Shown piece by piece: positions 10,820-21,429 of a stretch of 64,000 bases of DNA (position 1 is its first letter; each line of letters begins with the position of its first letter). This DNA comes from a virus (lineage: Duplodnaviria > Caudoviricetes). Location of the stretch: positions 16,433 to 80,432 of the IMG/VR virus record IMGVR_UViG_3300021400_001623. One strand, written 5' to 3'. A model generated the notes under the pieces. The model had not been told where the DNA came from, ran no database searches, and was given only the letters and a program-made list of their open reading frames with translations. Position numbers and translations under genes: made by a program.

Positions 10820-11197
10820 TTGCTCGTGGCTAAGAATGCAACTTGTCTTCTTTGCGGAACAGAGTACGAAGTTTGTAAATATTGCCAACGGACAAGATTA
10901 TATACGCCGTGGAAAATCGACTTTGATTCTCCACGGCATTTTCAAATTTATTCTATCGTAACAGATGTCAGGAATAATATTCTTACGAATGATGAGGCTA
11001 AAGAACGGCTAGAGCATCTTGATGTAACACAAGATGAGGTCGCAACATTTGTTGAATCTGTGCAGGCAACTTTAAAGCCAGTACTTGGTATTAAAGATCA
11101 GCCTGTAAAGGTAGAAAAGATTGTTGTTCAAGATGAACCGCAAGCTGATGTACAACCGCAAAAGAAATCAAAGTCCTTCAGAGGACGTAAAAAATAA
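10820..11197 (+). CDS. Hypothetical protein with N-terminal CxxC-CxxC
   Basis: CLLC...CKYC; SD GGTGGTGA. Confidence 0.6.
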   Translation: MLVAKNATCLLCGTEYEVCKYCQRTRLYTPWKIDFDSPRHFQIYSIVTDVRNNILTNDEAKERLEHLDVTQDEVATFVESVQATLKPVLGIKDQPVKVEKIVVQDEPQADVQPQKKSKSFRGRKK

Positions 11198-11281
11198 ATA
11201 TTCCGAGGAATGGGAAAGGAGGTTTTATAACTTATTATTGGCTACCCTGCCCCATTCCTCATTTTTTACTTTTTAATTTAT

Positions 11282-11722
11282 ATGGATAAATATATTGAAA
11301 TTGTCATTGATTCTAAGCTTGTAGCACAATTTAATGAGGAATATTTTATCGAACATCCTCGTGCTCGCAATCCCAAAATTAAAGCCCCGCAACATCCAAG
11401 CATGAATGATTATTATAAAAGCAATTTTCAATCTGCAAATAAAATCAAACAGAACTGGAAAGAGTTTATTGTATGGTGTTTGAAAGATACTGACTTGGCT
11501 GGTTATAAGATTAATCGTTGTAACATTACATATACAACGTATTTCAAAACTAATCGCCGCCATGATCTTGATAACATTTCCCCAAAATTCATATTAGATG
11601 GATTTGTTGAAGCGGGCTTAATTGTCGATGATGATTATAAACATATTGAGAGCCTCACTATTAAGTGCGGCATCGATAAAGAAAATCCAAGAATGGAATT
11701 TCTGATTGAAATTTTAGATTAG
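11282..11722 (+). CDS. rusA: RusA-like Holliday junction resolvase
   Basis: RRHDLDNISPKFILDGFVEAGLIVDDD motif. Confidence 0.7.
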   Translation: MDKYIEIVIDSKLVAQFNEEYFIEHPRARNPKIKAPQHPSMNDYYKSNFQSANKIKQNWKEFIVWCLKDTDLAGYKINRCNITYTTYFKTNRRHDLDNISPKFILDGFVEAGLIVDDDYKHIESLTIKCGIDKENPRMEFLIEILD

Positions 11723-11734
11723 GAGAATGAGAAT

Positions 11735-12385
11735 ATGAGTGAATTTAATACCGCTCTTGAATATGTAGAAGCGGCGTTAGCAGATAAAAAGACCATCGAG
11801 TTTGGCGATGACGAGTTTGTGCTTACAGTGAATGAAAATATCGATATTAATGACGTGTATAATGCCATCAATAATATCGTAGAAAATGTTGTTGAGCGCG
11901 AATTTGAATATGAGTTAATCGACCTTATGATCCCCTATTACCTTATTAGTCTTTTTACGGATATTGATGTCACGACTATTAAAGATGGGGATGAGGAATA
12001 TCCAGATTATGAACAGTGCTATAAAATTGCAACAGTATTTAATTTAGAATACGAGCTCACACAGGTATCCCCTCTTGTCGCTGGATATATTTATTTAATG
12101 AACCAGAATATTTGGCGGCGACTTGATTATCAAAAGTCACAGGGTGCATATTTAAAGCGTGAACTTATGGATGCAATCAGCACATTCTATATGATCATGG
12201 ATGAGCTCGATGAAGTTGCAGAGCAACAGAAGGATATCGATGTTGACGGATTCGTATCACAATTAAACGAAATATCAGAAGCTCTACAGGACTTAAACAC
12301 ACAAAAGTCAGAATCGCTGGCGGTTCTTGATGGTGGCAAAACATCTGTTGACCTTGCTCTACCAAAGAGTGATCAGGAAGAATAG
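11735..12385 (+). CDS. Hypothetical acidic protein
   Basis: 216-aa ORF with SD GGAG. Confidence 0.6.
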   Translation: MSEFNTALEYVEAALADKKTIEFGDDEFVLTVNENIDINDVYNAINNIVENVVEREFEYELIDLMIPYYLISLFTDIDVTTIKDGDEEYPDYEQCYKIATVFNLEYELTQVSPLVAGYIYLMNQNIWRRLDYQKSQGAYLKRELMDAISTFYMIMDELDEVAEQQKDIDVDGFVSQLNEISEALQDLNTQKSESLAVLDGGKTSVDLALPKSDQEE

Positions 12386-12420
12386 TATGACGGTGCCTTA
12401 TATAGCACTGTCGGGAAGAG

Positions 12421-12744
12421 GTGTTTAAAATGTCACCAGGTGCAACGATTGTATTAGCTATTGTATCGTCTAATGCCCTCTTCGGATTTATTCAATTTTT
12501 GATTACTCGGTTGTTTGACAGCCGCAATGTCATAAAGAAAACACTTTCAGCAGTTTGTTATAATCAACTTGCTGAAAAAATTGAGAAAAGTCTGGACCGT
12601 GGTTATGCCACACCAGAAGTCCGAAGAGATGTGACAGTGCTATATGAATCTTATAAAGAGAATGGATGGAATGGAGATATGGATTCGCGCATGACGAAAT
12701 TCTATGCTCTTCCAACTAAAAATCTTGATGATATTTATCAATAA
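12421..12744 (+). CDS. Small membrane protein, holin-like
   Basis: One N-terminal hydrophobic helix (IVLAIVSSNALFGFIQFLI). Confidence 0.4.
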   Translation: MFKMSPGATIVLAIVSSNALFGFIQFLITRLFDSRNVIKKTLSAVCYNQLAEKIEKSLDRGYATPEVRRDVTVLYESYKENGWNGDMDSRMTKFYALPTKNLDDIYQ

Positions 12745-12772
12745 AAAAGCACTGTAATTAATTATAGATCAA

Positions 12773-12800
12773 GGGGCGGTTCCTAGCCGCCCTATTTTTA
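12773..12800 (+). terminator. Intrinsic terminator
   Basis: gggcggt/gccgccc stem then T tract. Confidence 0.65.
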
Positions 12801-12818
12801 TATATGGAGACAATGTAA

Positions 12819-13829
12819 ATGGTTAAACTTCCCCCAATAACTCAGGAGGAATGGGAAAAGTGTAATGAATGGAATAGAAATATTATGGAGGAGTTCCTAG
12901 CCAATTCATTCCATTTATCACAAAAAAGCAAAAAGGCGTATCGGTCAAATCTTATGATTTGGTTTAATTGGGTGCGGCAAAATTTACATGATAAACCGCA
13001 ATATGAAATTAAACCGCTGGATTACCTTAAATATCAGAGCTGGCTTCTCTCTATGGGGCACAGTTCATCTGATGTGGATAGTAAACGTGCGGCGATTTCA
13101 TCGTTATGTAATTATATTGAAATGTATTATCTCGATGAATTTCCAAATTTCAGAACTTGTATTGCGCGCGGTATGAGCCGCCCGGTTAAAAAATTGGTTC
13201 ATGAAAAAGAACCACCGACTAAAGAAGAAATGGAAATGCTATTCCGCGCTCTTGAAGAACGTGAAGATTGGCAAAAGCTCGCATATTTACGCTATACATA
13301 CGACACTGGATGCAGGCGTGCTGAGAGTATCCAGCTTCTTAAAGAAGTGGTTGATTACAAGCCTATTGAAAAGGTCGTTAAAGTTAAAGATGAGAATGGC
13401 GATGAAAAGGAAGTTGCGATCAAATATTATCGTAGCAATCAAACGCGCTGTAAAGGACGCGGTGAAACTGGCAAAGTGCGTCGCTTAATATTCTCTCAAG
13501 AAACTATGGACGCTATAAAAAAATGGCTTGAATATCGTGGCGAAGATGATTGCCCTTATGTATTTGTGTCGCGCCAGAATGGAGAAGTCCAACAATTGAG
13601 TGAGAGCGCATTAAATAAGTGGTCTTCTGGTTTATTTACTCAACTATTAGGACGCAGATTTCATCCGCATATTTTGCGCGAAGCTCGCGCTACTATTGGT
13701 GTTGTTGAAGATGGTAAATCTGCTGAAGCTATGCAAAAGCTTTTAGGGCATGAATCCGTTGAAACTACTGTGAACCATTATATTATCAAAGAAGATGACG
13801 ATGATGATATCGATGAGCTTTTCGTCTGA
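12819..13829 (+). CDS. Tyrosine recombinase (second, not att-associated)
   Basis: TGCRRAE, CKGRG, HPHILR, LLGHES, NHY catalytic set. Confidence 0.85.
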   Translation: MVKLPPITQEEWEKCNEWNRNIMEEFLANSFHLSQKSKKAYRSNLMIWFNWVRQNLHDKPQYEIKPLDYLKYQSWLLSMGHSSSDVDSKRAAISSLCNYIEMYYLDEFPNFRTCIARGMSRPVKKLVHEKEPPTKEEMEMLFRALEEREDWQKLAYLRYTYDTGCRRAESIQLLKEVVDYKPIEKVVKVKDENGDEKEVAIKYYRSNQTRCKGRGETGKVRRLIFSQETMDAIKKWLEYRGEDDCPYVFVSRQNGEVQQLSESALNKWSSGLFTQLLGRRFHPHILREARATIGVVEDGKSAEAMQKLLGHESVETTVNHYIIKEDDDDDIDELFV

Positions 13830-13856
13830 CAACAAATTTTTTCGTGAGGACATTAT

Positions 13857-14474
13857 ATGGAAAATATCATTGTTCCTATTCCGGAGAATGTGGAGAATAT
13901 GCAACTCCCCTCCCCTGAGTTGGTTACATTTTATAAAAATTGTGAGAACCGCATTATCTGGCTGGATGATGAGGTGGCTGATTATTGTTTGGAATATGGC
14001 AGGATGATTATTAATTGGAATCTTGAAGATAAGGGTAAACCAGTTGATGAGCGCCGTCCTATCCGCATTATGATTATGTCGCCCGGTGGTTCGTTAGAAA
14101 TAAATAACGCTCTTATTGATATTATCAAAATGAGCAAAACCCCTGTTTATGGCTACAATATTGGTATGGCCGCATCTGCAGCCTGCTTTATTTTTATGTC
14201 GTGCCATAAACGATTTGCGATGCCACAATCTACTTTCTTACTTCATAAAGGATCAAGTCAGATGGGTGGCACATACGACCAGGTTGCCGCAGAGATGGAT
14301 GAATATGAGCGTCAAATTGGTGAACTTGCTGTATTTATTATGAATAATAGTAAGATTAGCGAAGAGACACTTTCAAAATATCTTGGTGGCGAATGGTATG
14401 TTACAGCAAAGAAGGCGTATGAAGAATATGGTTTTGTAGATGAAATTATCACAGATATAGATCAACTGTATTAG
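13857..14474 (+). CDS. clpP: ClpP-family protease
   Basis: IMIMSPGGS, GMAASAA (catalytic Ser), FLLHKG (His). Confidence 0.85.
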   Translation: MENIIVPIPENVENMQLPSPELVTFYKNCENRIIWLDDEVADYCLEYGRMIINWNLEDKGKPVDERRPIRIMIMSPGGSLEINNALIDIIKMSKTPVYGYNIGMAASAACFIFMSCHKRFAMPQSTFLLHKGSSQMGGTYDQVAAEMDEYERQIGELAVFIMNNSKISEETLSKYLGGEWYVTAKKAYEEYGFVDEIITDIDQLY

Positions 14475-14485
14475 GTGGTGATTTC

Positions 14486-15904
14486 TTGTCTAAAGATAAA
14501 AACAAAATACGAGTTTCTTTTGTTGGCGAAAATGCGCGGGATGTTACTGGATCAATGACGCATATAGAAACGAGTCATTATGAATTGCTTCTTGAATGTG
14601 GGCTTTATCAGTCAAATTCACCGCGCGAAGATTATAAGATAAATAGTGCTAAATTTCCTTTTAAGCCACGCAATATAGATTATATCTTTTTGAATCATGT
14701 GCATATAGATCATAGTGGGCGTATCCCCTCCCTATTTGCTCAAGGTTGTGAAGGGCGTATTATCTGTCCGCGTGGTACCAAAGAATTGTTTAGAATTCTT
14801 GCTTTAGATTCTGCATACATTATCGACCGAGATTGTGAATGGCTTACTCGCACTGGTATGAAGGCGAGTCCGTTTTACGGATCTGCAGATGTGTATGCTG
14901 CACTTGAACATATAGATGAATATGATTTTGGCGAAGTCATAAAATTAAACGATGATATATCATTTCGTTTTGTGTCATCTGGCCATATTATCAATTCAGC
15001 ACAACTTGAACTCTGGATTACTGAGGGTAATCAAACTAAGAAAATCCTTTATACTAGCGATTTAGGTAGTTCAATTCCTAAATATTATATCTCACCATTT
15101 GAACCAGTTGCTAAAGCAAATCTTGCAATTTGTGAGTCAACGTATTCAGATGATATGCGCAACGTCACACTCAAAGATCGCGAGACTGATTTGGCAAAGA
15201 TAGAAACAGTGGTGCGTGAGATTTGCTTGGAGAAAAAAGGCAAGGTACTCTTCCCAACTTTTTCATTAGACAGAACGCAGAATATATTAACGTTTTTGTA
15301 TGAAATGTTCGCTGGTGATAATGACTTCCATATTCCAATATTGATAGATTCGCCACTTGCCATTAAAGTCACGGCAGCTTATTTAAGATTATTGCCGGAT
15401 GATGATAGGCGGCGACTTGAATCGGTGTTGAGTTGGGAGAATGTGCATATAATAAAAGATTTTCAGGAAAGTCTGCAATATCAGCAGTCTGGTAAGCCGA
15501 TGATCGTTCTTGCGGCTAGCGGTTTTATGCAAGCCGGTCGTTCTAGGGCGTGGGTAAAAACGATACTCCCAAGTTCAAAGTCACATATTGTATTTATTGG
15601 TTTTGCATCTGAAGGTAGTTTGGCTGGCAAGTTGAAAACTACTTCTGCGCATACTATTACAATTGATAAGAAGCGTTATGCTTGTAGATGTGGAATCAGT
15701 AATTTACACTCATTCTCTTCACATATACAGCATGATGATATGTTGAAATATTATAGCGATATTGTGTGCGATAAACTGTGTTTAGTTCATGGTGAGTATA
15801 AATCTAAGCGTGTGTTTGCAAAACAATTACAGGAGGAAATTAGTCGTAAGAATAAAACTAATAAGGTGATTGTAGCGAATAAGTCTACGTCATTATTGAT
15901 TTAA
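14486..15904 (+). CDS. MBL-fold beta-CASP nuclease (Ysh1/RNase J superfamily)
   Basis: HVHIDHSG, SGHIINSA, YTSDLG, CESTY, FSSH, LVHGE motifs. Confidence 0.9.
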   Translation: MSKDKNKIRVSFVGENARDVTGSMTHIETSHYELLLECGLYQSNSPREDYKINSAKFPFKPRNIDYIFLNHVHIDHSGRIPSLFAQGCEGRIICPRGTKELFRILALDSAYIIDRDCEWLTRTGMKASPFYGSADVYAALEHIDEYDFGEVIKLNDDISFRFVSSGHIINSAQLELWITEGNQTKKILYTSDLGSSIPKYYISPFEPVAKANLAICESTYSDDMRNVTLKDRETDLAKIETVVREICLEKKGKVLFPTFSLDRTQNILTFLYEMFAGDNDFHIPILIDSPLAIKVTAAYLRLLPDDDRRRLESVLSWENVHIIKDFQESLQYQQSGKPMIVLAASGFMQAGRSRAWVKTILPSSKSHIVFIGFASEGSLAGKLKTTSAHTITIDKKRYACRCGISNLHSFSSHIQHDDMLKYYSDIVCDKLCLVHGEYKSKRVFAKQLQEEISRKNKTNKVIVANKSTSLLI

Positions 15905-15926
15905 ATAGAAAGGAATGGTGGTGCTT

Positions 15927-16454
15927 ATGGCATTACCGAGTAGTTGGCAGAGAGCACTCAGTAAAGTTGTTGGTGAGTCTTTAAGAAATAATTCTGCTGG
16001 CGGTGACGGCTTAACTACACCAATGGATATCGGCACATTCACATCGTTAGTTCATGGTTTATTAATACAAAATATTATGGCTTCGGTAATGCCGGAAGGT
16101 GCTAAGCAGGCTATTATTAGTGCTGTTTCTGGGCCAATGGTTACTAGCGCTACCACTGGAATAATTCATATAGATCACGTAATAAGACCATCTGTGTTTG
16201 CTAATGGTGCTGGTGGTAAAACAAAGCATGGATCATTTAGTCCTAAATTTACTTCCGCTGATCTTGTGATGGTGTATAACCAAAGAGGTGCCCCAGGACA
16301 TGGCTATTATCCGGTCGGTGTTTATGATACTGGGCGTGTTAAATGGGCACGTATGATTGGCATTATGAGTGTTGCTATTAATAATAATTTTTTAGAGCGT
16401 ACTGTTGCTGAAGGAAATGCTTTAAGTCCTTATGGCATTGTAACAATGGTGTAA
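15927..16454 (+). CDS. Hypothetical protein upstream of TMP
   Basis: ATG 15927 after GGTGGTG; ORF track starts 15915. Confidence 0.55.
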   Translation: MALPSSWQRALSKVVGESLRNNSAGGDGLTTPMDIGTFTSLVHGLLIQNIMASVMPEGAKQAIISAVSGPMVTSATTGIIHIDHVIRPSVFANGAGGKTKHGSFSPKFTSADLVMVYNQRGAPGHGYYPVGVYDTGRVKWARMIGIMSVAINNNFLERTVAEGNALSPYGIVTMV

Positions 16455-16470
16455 AGTGAGGTGAGGGAAA

Positions 16471-19237
16471 ATGCCAGATATTAAAACAAGAGTGTTGGCC
16501 GATACTTCACAAGCCGCTAAAACTATAGAAGATTTTTTATCAAAATATAATAATCGTGTTATTAATTTAAGAGTTAACGCGATTACAAAGGGTTCACTTG
16601 CTGGTGTTACAAAAGGTCTGAAACCTATTAAGAAGATGGTGGCTGAGGCTGGTAAATTTAAAGTTCAGCCAATGATGGATAGTAGATCTGTAAAATCAGT
16701 ACGAAAAGGGTTAAAAGAACTTCAGGGTGCACAAGTTAGATTATTTAAGGATCGTGAAACGCAGCGTAAATATCACGAGACTATGGATCGTGCAGCCGCC
16801 AAGGATGCTAATAGAATTGCAGATCAGCAAACCAAGCATTATAGAAACAATCTTAAAGAAAGGGTTAAGGATCATAAACAGGCTGCAGCTCAACAGGCTA
16901 AAATAACTGAGGCGTCTGAAAAAAAACAAGCTAAAATATCTGAACAAATTCAAGAGCAATCAGATAAGAAGAAAAGCAAAAAACGTAAGGCAGCAGCCAA
17001 GGCTGAAGCTAAGCAAGCTGAGCCAAAAGCAAAAAGTAAAAATGCCGCAGAACAAAAAAGAAGTTCTGCCAAACAAGTAAATGAAAAGGCTGCAGCAGCA
17101 AGACGCTTAAAGGAAGTTGAATCTGCTTGGGCTGAGCGAAGAAAAATTTTAGAGGCAGAGTATGCCGCTCGTACAAAAGCTGAAAGTAAAGCGGCTGAAC
17201 AAAGCATTAAAACAAATCGCAAGAAAAATGAACAAATAGCTCGTGATAATAAAAAGGCGGCTACAGCCGCAGCTGCTGCTCCACCGGGAGGCGGTGGCCC
17301 TTCAGAACCACCTAATAAAACTGTTGCTAAAGCGCGTCAGGAAGTTAATAAAACTCTTAAAGATCTGGATAATGAAATAGCTCGATATGACAAAATGCTG
17401 GAAGGCCCGCATCGTGATTTTATGAATCCTGATGCGAAACGAGCACTAAAAGAAGAACGTCAAGCGTTGCGTAATCGTAGGCGCAATGCTAGAAATTTAC
17501 GCAAGGAACTTCTTGGTAGACCAGATGACACTGTTATTGATAGTAAACTTGCGAGACGGGTTGATCGTCATACTGGACGTACTAAGACTGGTATTAGTGA
17601 CGCTAGCACAGTTCGTGCTGAAAACGCTGATTATGTAAAAAGTGCTATTGGCACGCAAAAGGCGCGAGCTGCTGAAGCAAAAGCAGCACAGAAAGCAGCA
17701 GAAGATGCAGCGGCAGCTGAGAGGAAAACCGAACGTAAGGCTTTTGAGGATCGTTTGGCTAGACACGCTGCTGAAAAAAAAGAACGTGAAAAAGCGATTC
17801 AAGAGCGTTCAAAGCAAGCACAGAAAGAAGGTTGGGCTGAATATCATGCTGCTGAGCAGCGCATGAAACGTCAGCAGAAACTCACACAAAATGCGGCTGA
17901 TGAAGAACGTGCTCAACAAAAGCAGCGTAATCGTGATGCGGAAAATATTCGCAAGCAAGCTGAAAAGGATGCTCGCTCTATTTATAATCGTGGGAATGAG
18001 TTAGATAGACGGACTGGAAAAGGCGGCGAATGGGCTGGGTTATTATCTGATAAAGATATTGCTAAGCAGAAAAAGCTTGTTTCTGATACCCTTGAATTAG
18101 ATAAAAAGCTTGCCACTTTAAGAAACGCAACAGCTGGTCGAAATGTTACAGCGGCCGAATATCAAGAAATGGAGCGTCTTGGTGCCGCTATTAGTAATAA
18201 TAATGCTTTGATGAAGCATTATGATAAAACTAATCAAAGTCATATAAAGACTGCTAAGGCCGAGCTTAAAGTACAAGAACAGAATCAAAAGGCATGGGAT
18301 AAACAGGCTGAAACATATCGCAAACAGGCTGTGACCAATGCGCGCAATATTCAATCGATGTCGCGCACGTTTAGTAATAATACTGGGCGTGGTGGTGCAT
18401 GGGAGAATATGCTTACGGAGCAGCAAAGACAATCTTGGCAAAAGCAAATGGCTAGTGCGACTCAAGCCAGACAGGAGCTTGCTCGGTTAAACACACAGAC
18501 TCAAGGCCGGAATGTTACGCAGTCACAAGCCGATGAATATAAGAAGTGGGCAACACAACTTAATACTGCAAAAACAAATCTTCAAGGTTTAACTAAAGTA
18601 TATACCGATCATGTCAAGGCTTTGAACGGCCCGCAAAACGCGGCGATTTTCTACGATAAGTTGGCTGCTAAGATGTCCGATTATAATGCAAAATTCGGGC
18701 ATAATTTACAACGCAACCAGCGCTTAATGGATCAATTCAATACCTTGCAGATGCGCGCGAATAATGGCGACTTCGCAAATATTGGAGAGGCTAATCGTCA
18801 ATGGGCTACATTCCGTACCGAAGCGCGTAAGGCTGGCGTTGAAATCGATTCTTTTGGTTCTAAACTTCAAAGGACATTTGGTTCCAGAGTGAGATCCGCT
18901 ACGGCGGGTATGGGCGTTTATATGATTCAAAGCGCATTGCGCGGAATTGTAGAGAATGCCAAAGAAGTCGATACGGCGATGACCGAGTTAAAGAAGGTTA
19001 CTACTGGAACTGATAAGACTTACGAAGATTTCTTAACTAATGCTGGAACGCGCGCACAAACTCTTGGTGCGACGCTTCAGGAAACGGTAAGTGCAACAGC
19101 AGATTTTGGTCGTCTCGGATATAACATTGAGGATGCGACAAAGTTAGCGGATAATGCGCTTATCTATCAAAATGTCGGTGACGATATTGAAAGCATCGAT
19201 GAGGCGTCAAAGGCGCTTATTTCAACGATGCAAGGGT
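16471..19237 (+). CDS. Tape measure protein exon 1
   Basis: TMP core motif EVDTAMTELKKVT...ALISTMQG; ends at T19237, the 5' splice site of intron 1. Confidence 0.85.
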
Positions 19238-20301
19238 TAATTAAAGCTCTTGTAAAACAGGGTGAATTGCTGGAACATCCTTAGAGCTCTAATACTACAA
19301 CGTGGTTGGAAACGACGAGCGTGACAGTGTGAAAAATTAGAGATTGGACAATCAGCAGCCAAGGGCCGTATAGGTCAAGGTTCAACGACTAAAGCAGATG
19401 CTTGTAGGGTGGAAGTCCACTCGAAGTGCCCTGCTCTTTTTATTTTAAAGAGAAGATATAGTCTAATCTCGCATGAAAATGTGAGCAGTATATATATCAT
19501 GGGAAGGAGTATATGTGGATAATTATTGTGTTTATATGCATATCTTCCCCAACGGTAAAAAATACATTGGTATTGCTAAAGAGGATAGATTGTTAAAAAG
19601 ATGGGGGTCTAATGGTGACGGATATCTCAATAATAGACAATATGCTATTGAAAATGCAATACGTAAGTATGGTTGGGAGAATGTGCGTCATGAAATTTTA
19701 TTATCAGGTCTTTCAAAATCTGAAAGTAAAATAGCTGAAATTCAATTAATTAAAAAATATAACACTTTTGGTGTTAATGGTTACAACATGACACCTGGTG
19801 GTGATGATCGCACGTTTATGTATGGAGCTAATAATCCATCGTCTCGGCCAGTCATATATCAGAATAAAGAATATGCAACTATGAATGATTTTTGCAAAAC
19901 ATTCAATCTCAAGATGCCTACGGTATCAATGTGGTTAAATGGGAAAGAGCCAATGCCAAAGATATATTACGAAAACGGACTACATTTTAAAGGCGAAGGA
20001 ATGAATCATTTATATGTGCAGAACGGACATCCATCTGGGAAAAATTCACCAACTGCAAAAGCTATATATTTTAATGGCGTGAGATATGACACATTAAAAG
20101 AATTTTGTAAGCATTATGGTGTTACAAAAGATACAGTACGCGGATGGACTATTGGTAGGACGGCTATGCCACGTTATTTTTATGATGGTAACTTGCATTA
20201 TGAGGGTGGCGATCTATCTTTAGCTAAGCGTAGTAAAGTTAAAAATAAATTTGATGATATATATACGAGGCTGAATTAACGACTCAGCCTGAATATACAT
20301 G
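19238..20301 (+). mobile_element. Group I intron 1 (IA2-like) with homing endonuclease
   Basis: P aattgctggaa 19265, Q aatcagcag 19350, R gttcaacgacta 19380, S aagatatagtct 19453; P1 gcaagggT/Gctcttgt with U.G; P9.0 AT/AT; terminal G20301; splicing gives QG-F-GIEAENS. Confidence 0.93.
19515..20279 (+). CDS. GIY-YIG homing endonuclease with two C-terminal repeat DNA-binding modules
   Basis: CVYMHIFPNGKKYIG motif; SD GGAAGGAG; lies in loop closed by perfect 13-bp stem 19488-19500/20254-20266. Confidence 0.88.
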   Translation: MDNYCVYMHIFPNGKKYIGIAKEDRLLKRWGSNGDGYLNNRQYAIENAIRKYGWENVRHEILLSGLSKSESKIAEIQLIKKYNTFGVNGYNMTPGGDDRTFMYGANNPSSRPVIYQNKEYATMNDFCKTFNLKMPTVSMWLNGKEPMPKIYYENGLHFKGEGMNHLYVQNGHPSGKNSPTAKAIYFNGVRYDTLKEFCKHYGVTKDTVRGWTIGRTAMPRYFYDGNLHYEGGDLSLAKRSKVKNKFDDIYTRLN

Positions 20302-20763
20302 TTGGTATAGAAGCTGAGAATAGTACTTCTATTGTAGATAAATTTAATGAGGTTGCGAATAACTATGCTTCCTCAGCCGGAGATATCGGCCAAATCACTC
20401 AGCGAAGTGCTGCGGCTATGTCGGCGGCAGGCAACTCCTTAGACCAGACAATAGCTTTGGGAGTTGCTGCGAACGAAGTTCAGCAGGATGCTGATACAGT
20501 GGGTACGGCTTTAAAAACCATGAGCATGCGGCTAAGAGGTTCTAAGACTGACATGGAGTCCATGGGCCTCGACACGGAGGGTATGGCAACATCCGTATCT
20601 AAACTTCGTGATGAAATATTAAATTTATCCGGCGTTGATATAATGCTGGACGAAAATACATTTAAATCCTCTTACGATATCCTTATGGGTATCGGAGAGG
20701 TGTGGGATGGTCTAACAGATATTAATAGAGCGAATATCACCGAATTGTTGTTTGGCAAGAGAC
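20302..20763 (+). CDS. Tape measure protein exon 2
   Basis: Open frame GIEAENSTSIVDKFNEVANN...ELLFGKR. Confidence 0.88.
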
Positions 20764-21112
20764 GAACAATTGTCTCGATATACGGTGACGTATATTGTAA
20801 AACACATCTAATTGCAGGAACCTCCTTTTGGGACAATCTGCAGCGAAGCAAGCTACGGCTTGAACGTTCAACGACTAGGGAAATGTCATCCCGTACAGCA
20901 TAAGCTAATGATGCTGGAAATGGTGTGCCCAGCTTAACGCTGGTGAAGAAATAGTCTGATCTGCGGCGAAAGTCGTAGGAGTTAATGATTTATATATACT
21001 GATACAGATTCTTGCGCGCCTCTTAACAATGCGTACCATGTGAGGGTTGCTATAAGATATTTTATTAAATCATTGACCGGCGTGGATTTGCGAACCACGT
21101 TGAACATAAATG
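20764..21112 (+). mobile_element. Group I intron 2 (IA2-like), ORF-less
   Basis: P aattgcaggaa 20810, Q aatctgcag 20835, R gttcaacgacta 20866, S aagaaatagtct 20946; P9.0 AT/AT; terminal G21112; splicing gives GKR-Q-ANIG. Confidence 0.9.
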
Positions 21113-21429
21113 AAGCCAATATCGGTACAGCCATCCTACAAAACTATGAGCGTGCTCAAGAAATTCTTGAGACCTCGCAAAATTCTGAAGGTAGTGCCCT
21201 CCGCGAAAACGAGGTCTATCTGAACTCTATTCAGGGTCACATTGATCAGTTGATCGCTAAGTGGCAGACATTCTCTGTTGCCCTTGCCGACTCTTCCGGC
21301 TTCAAGGCGATCATTGACGGCATTGGCGGCGTAGCCAATGTTCTTACTGGATTGATCAACGCTTTTGGCCCTGGGACCATGTTAGCAACGCCGCTTATGG
21401 CGATGCTATCCAAAACTTCAAACTCTGGT
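21113..21429 (+). CDS. Tape measure protein exon 3
   Basis: ANIGTAILQNYERAQEILETSQNSEGSALRENEVYLNSIQG...KTSNSG. Confidence 0.85.
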
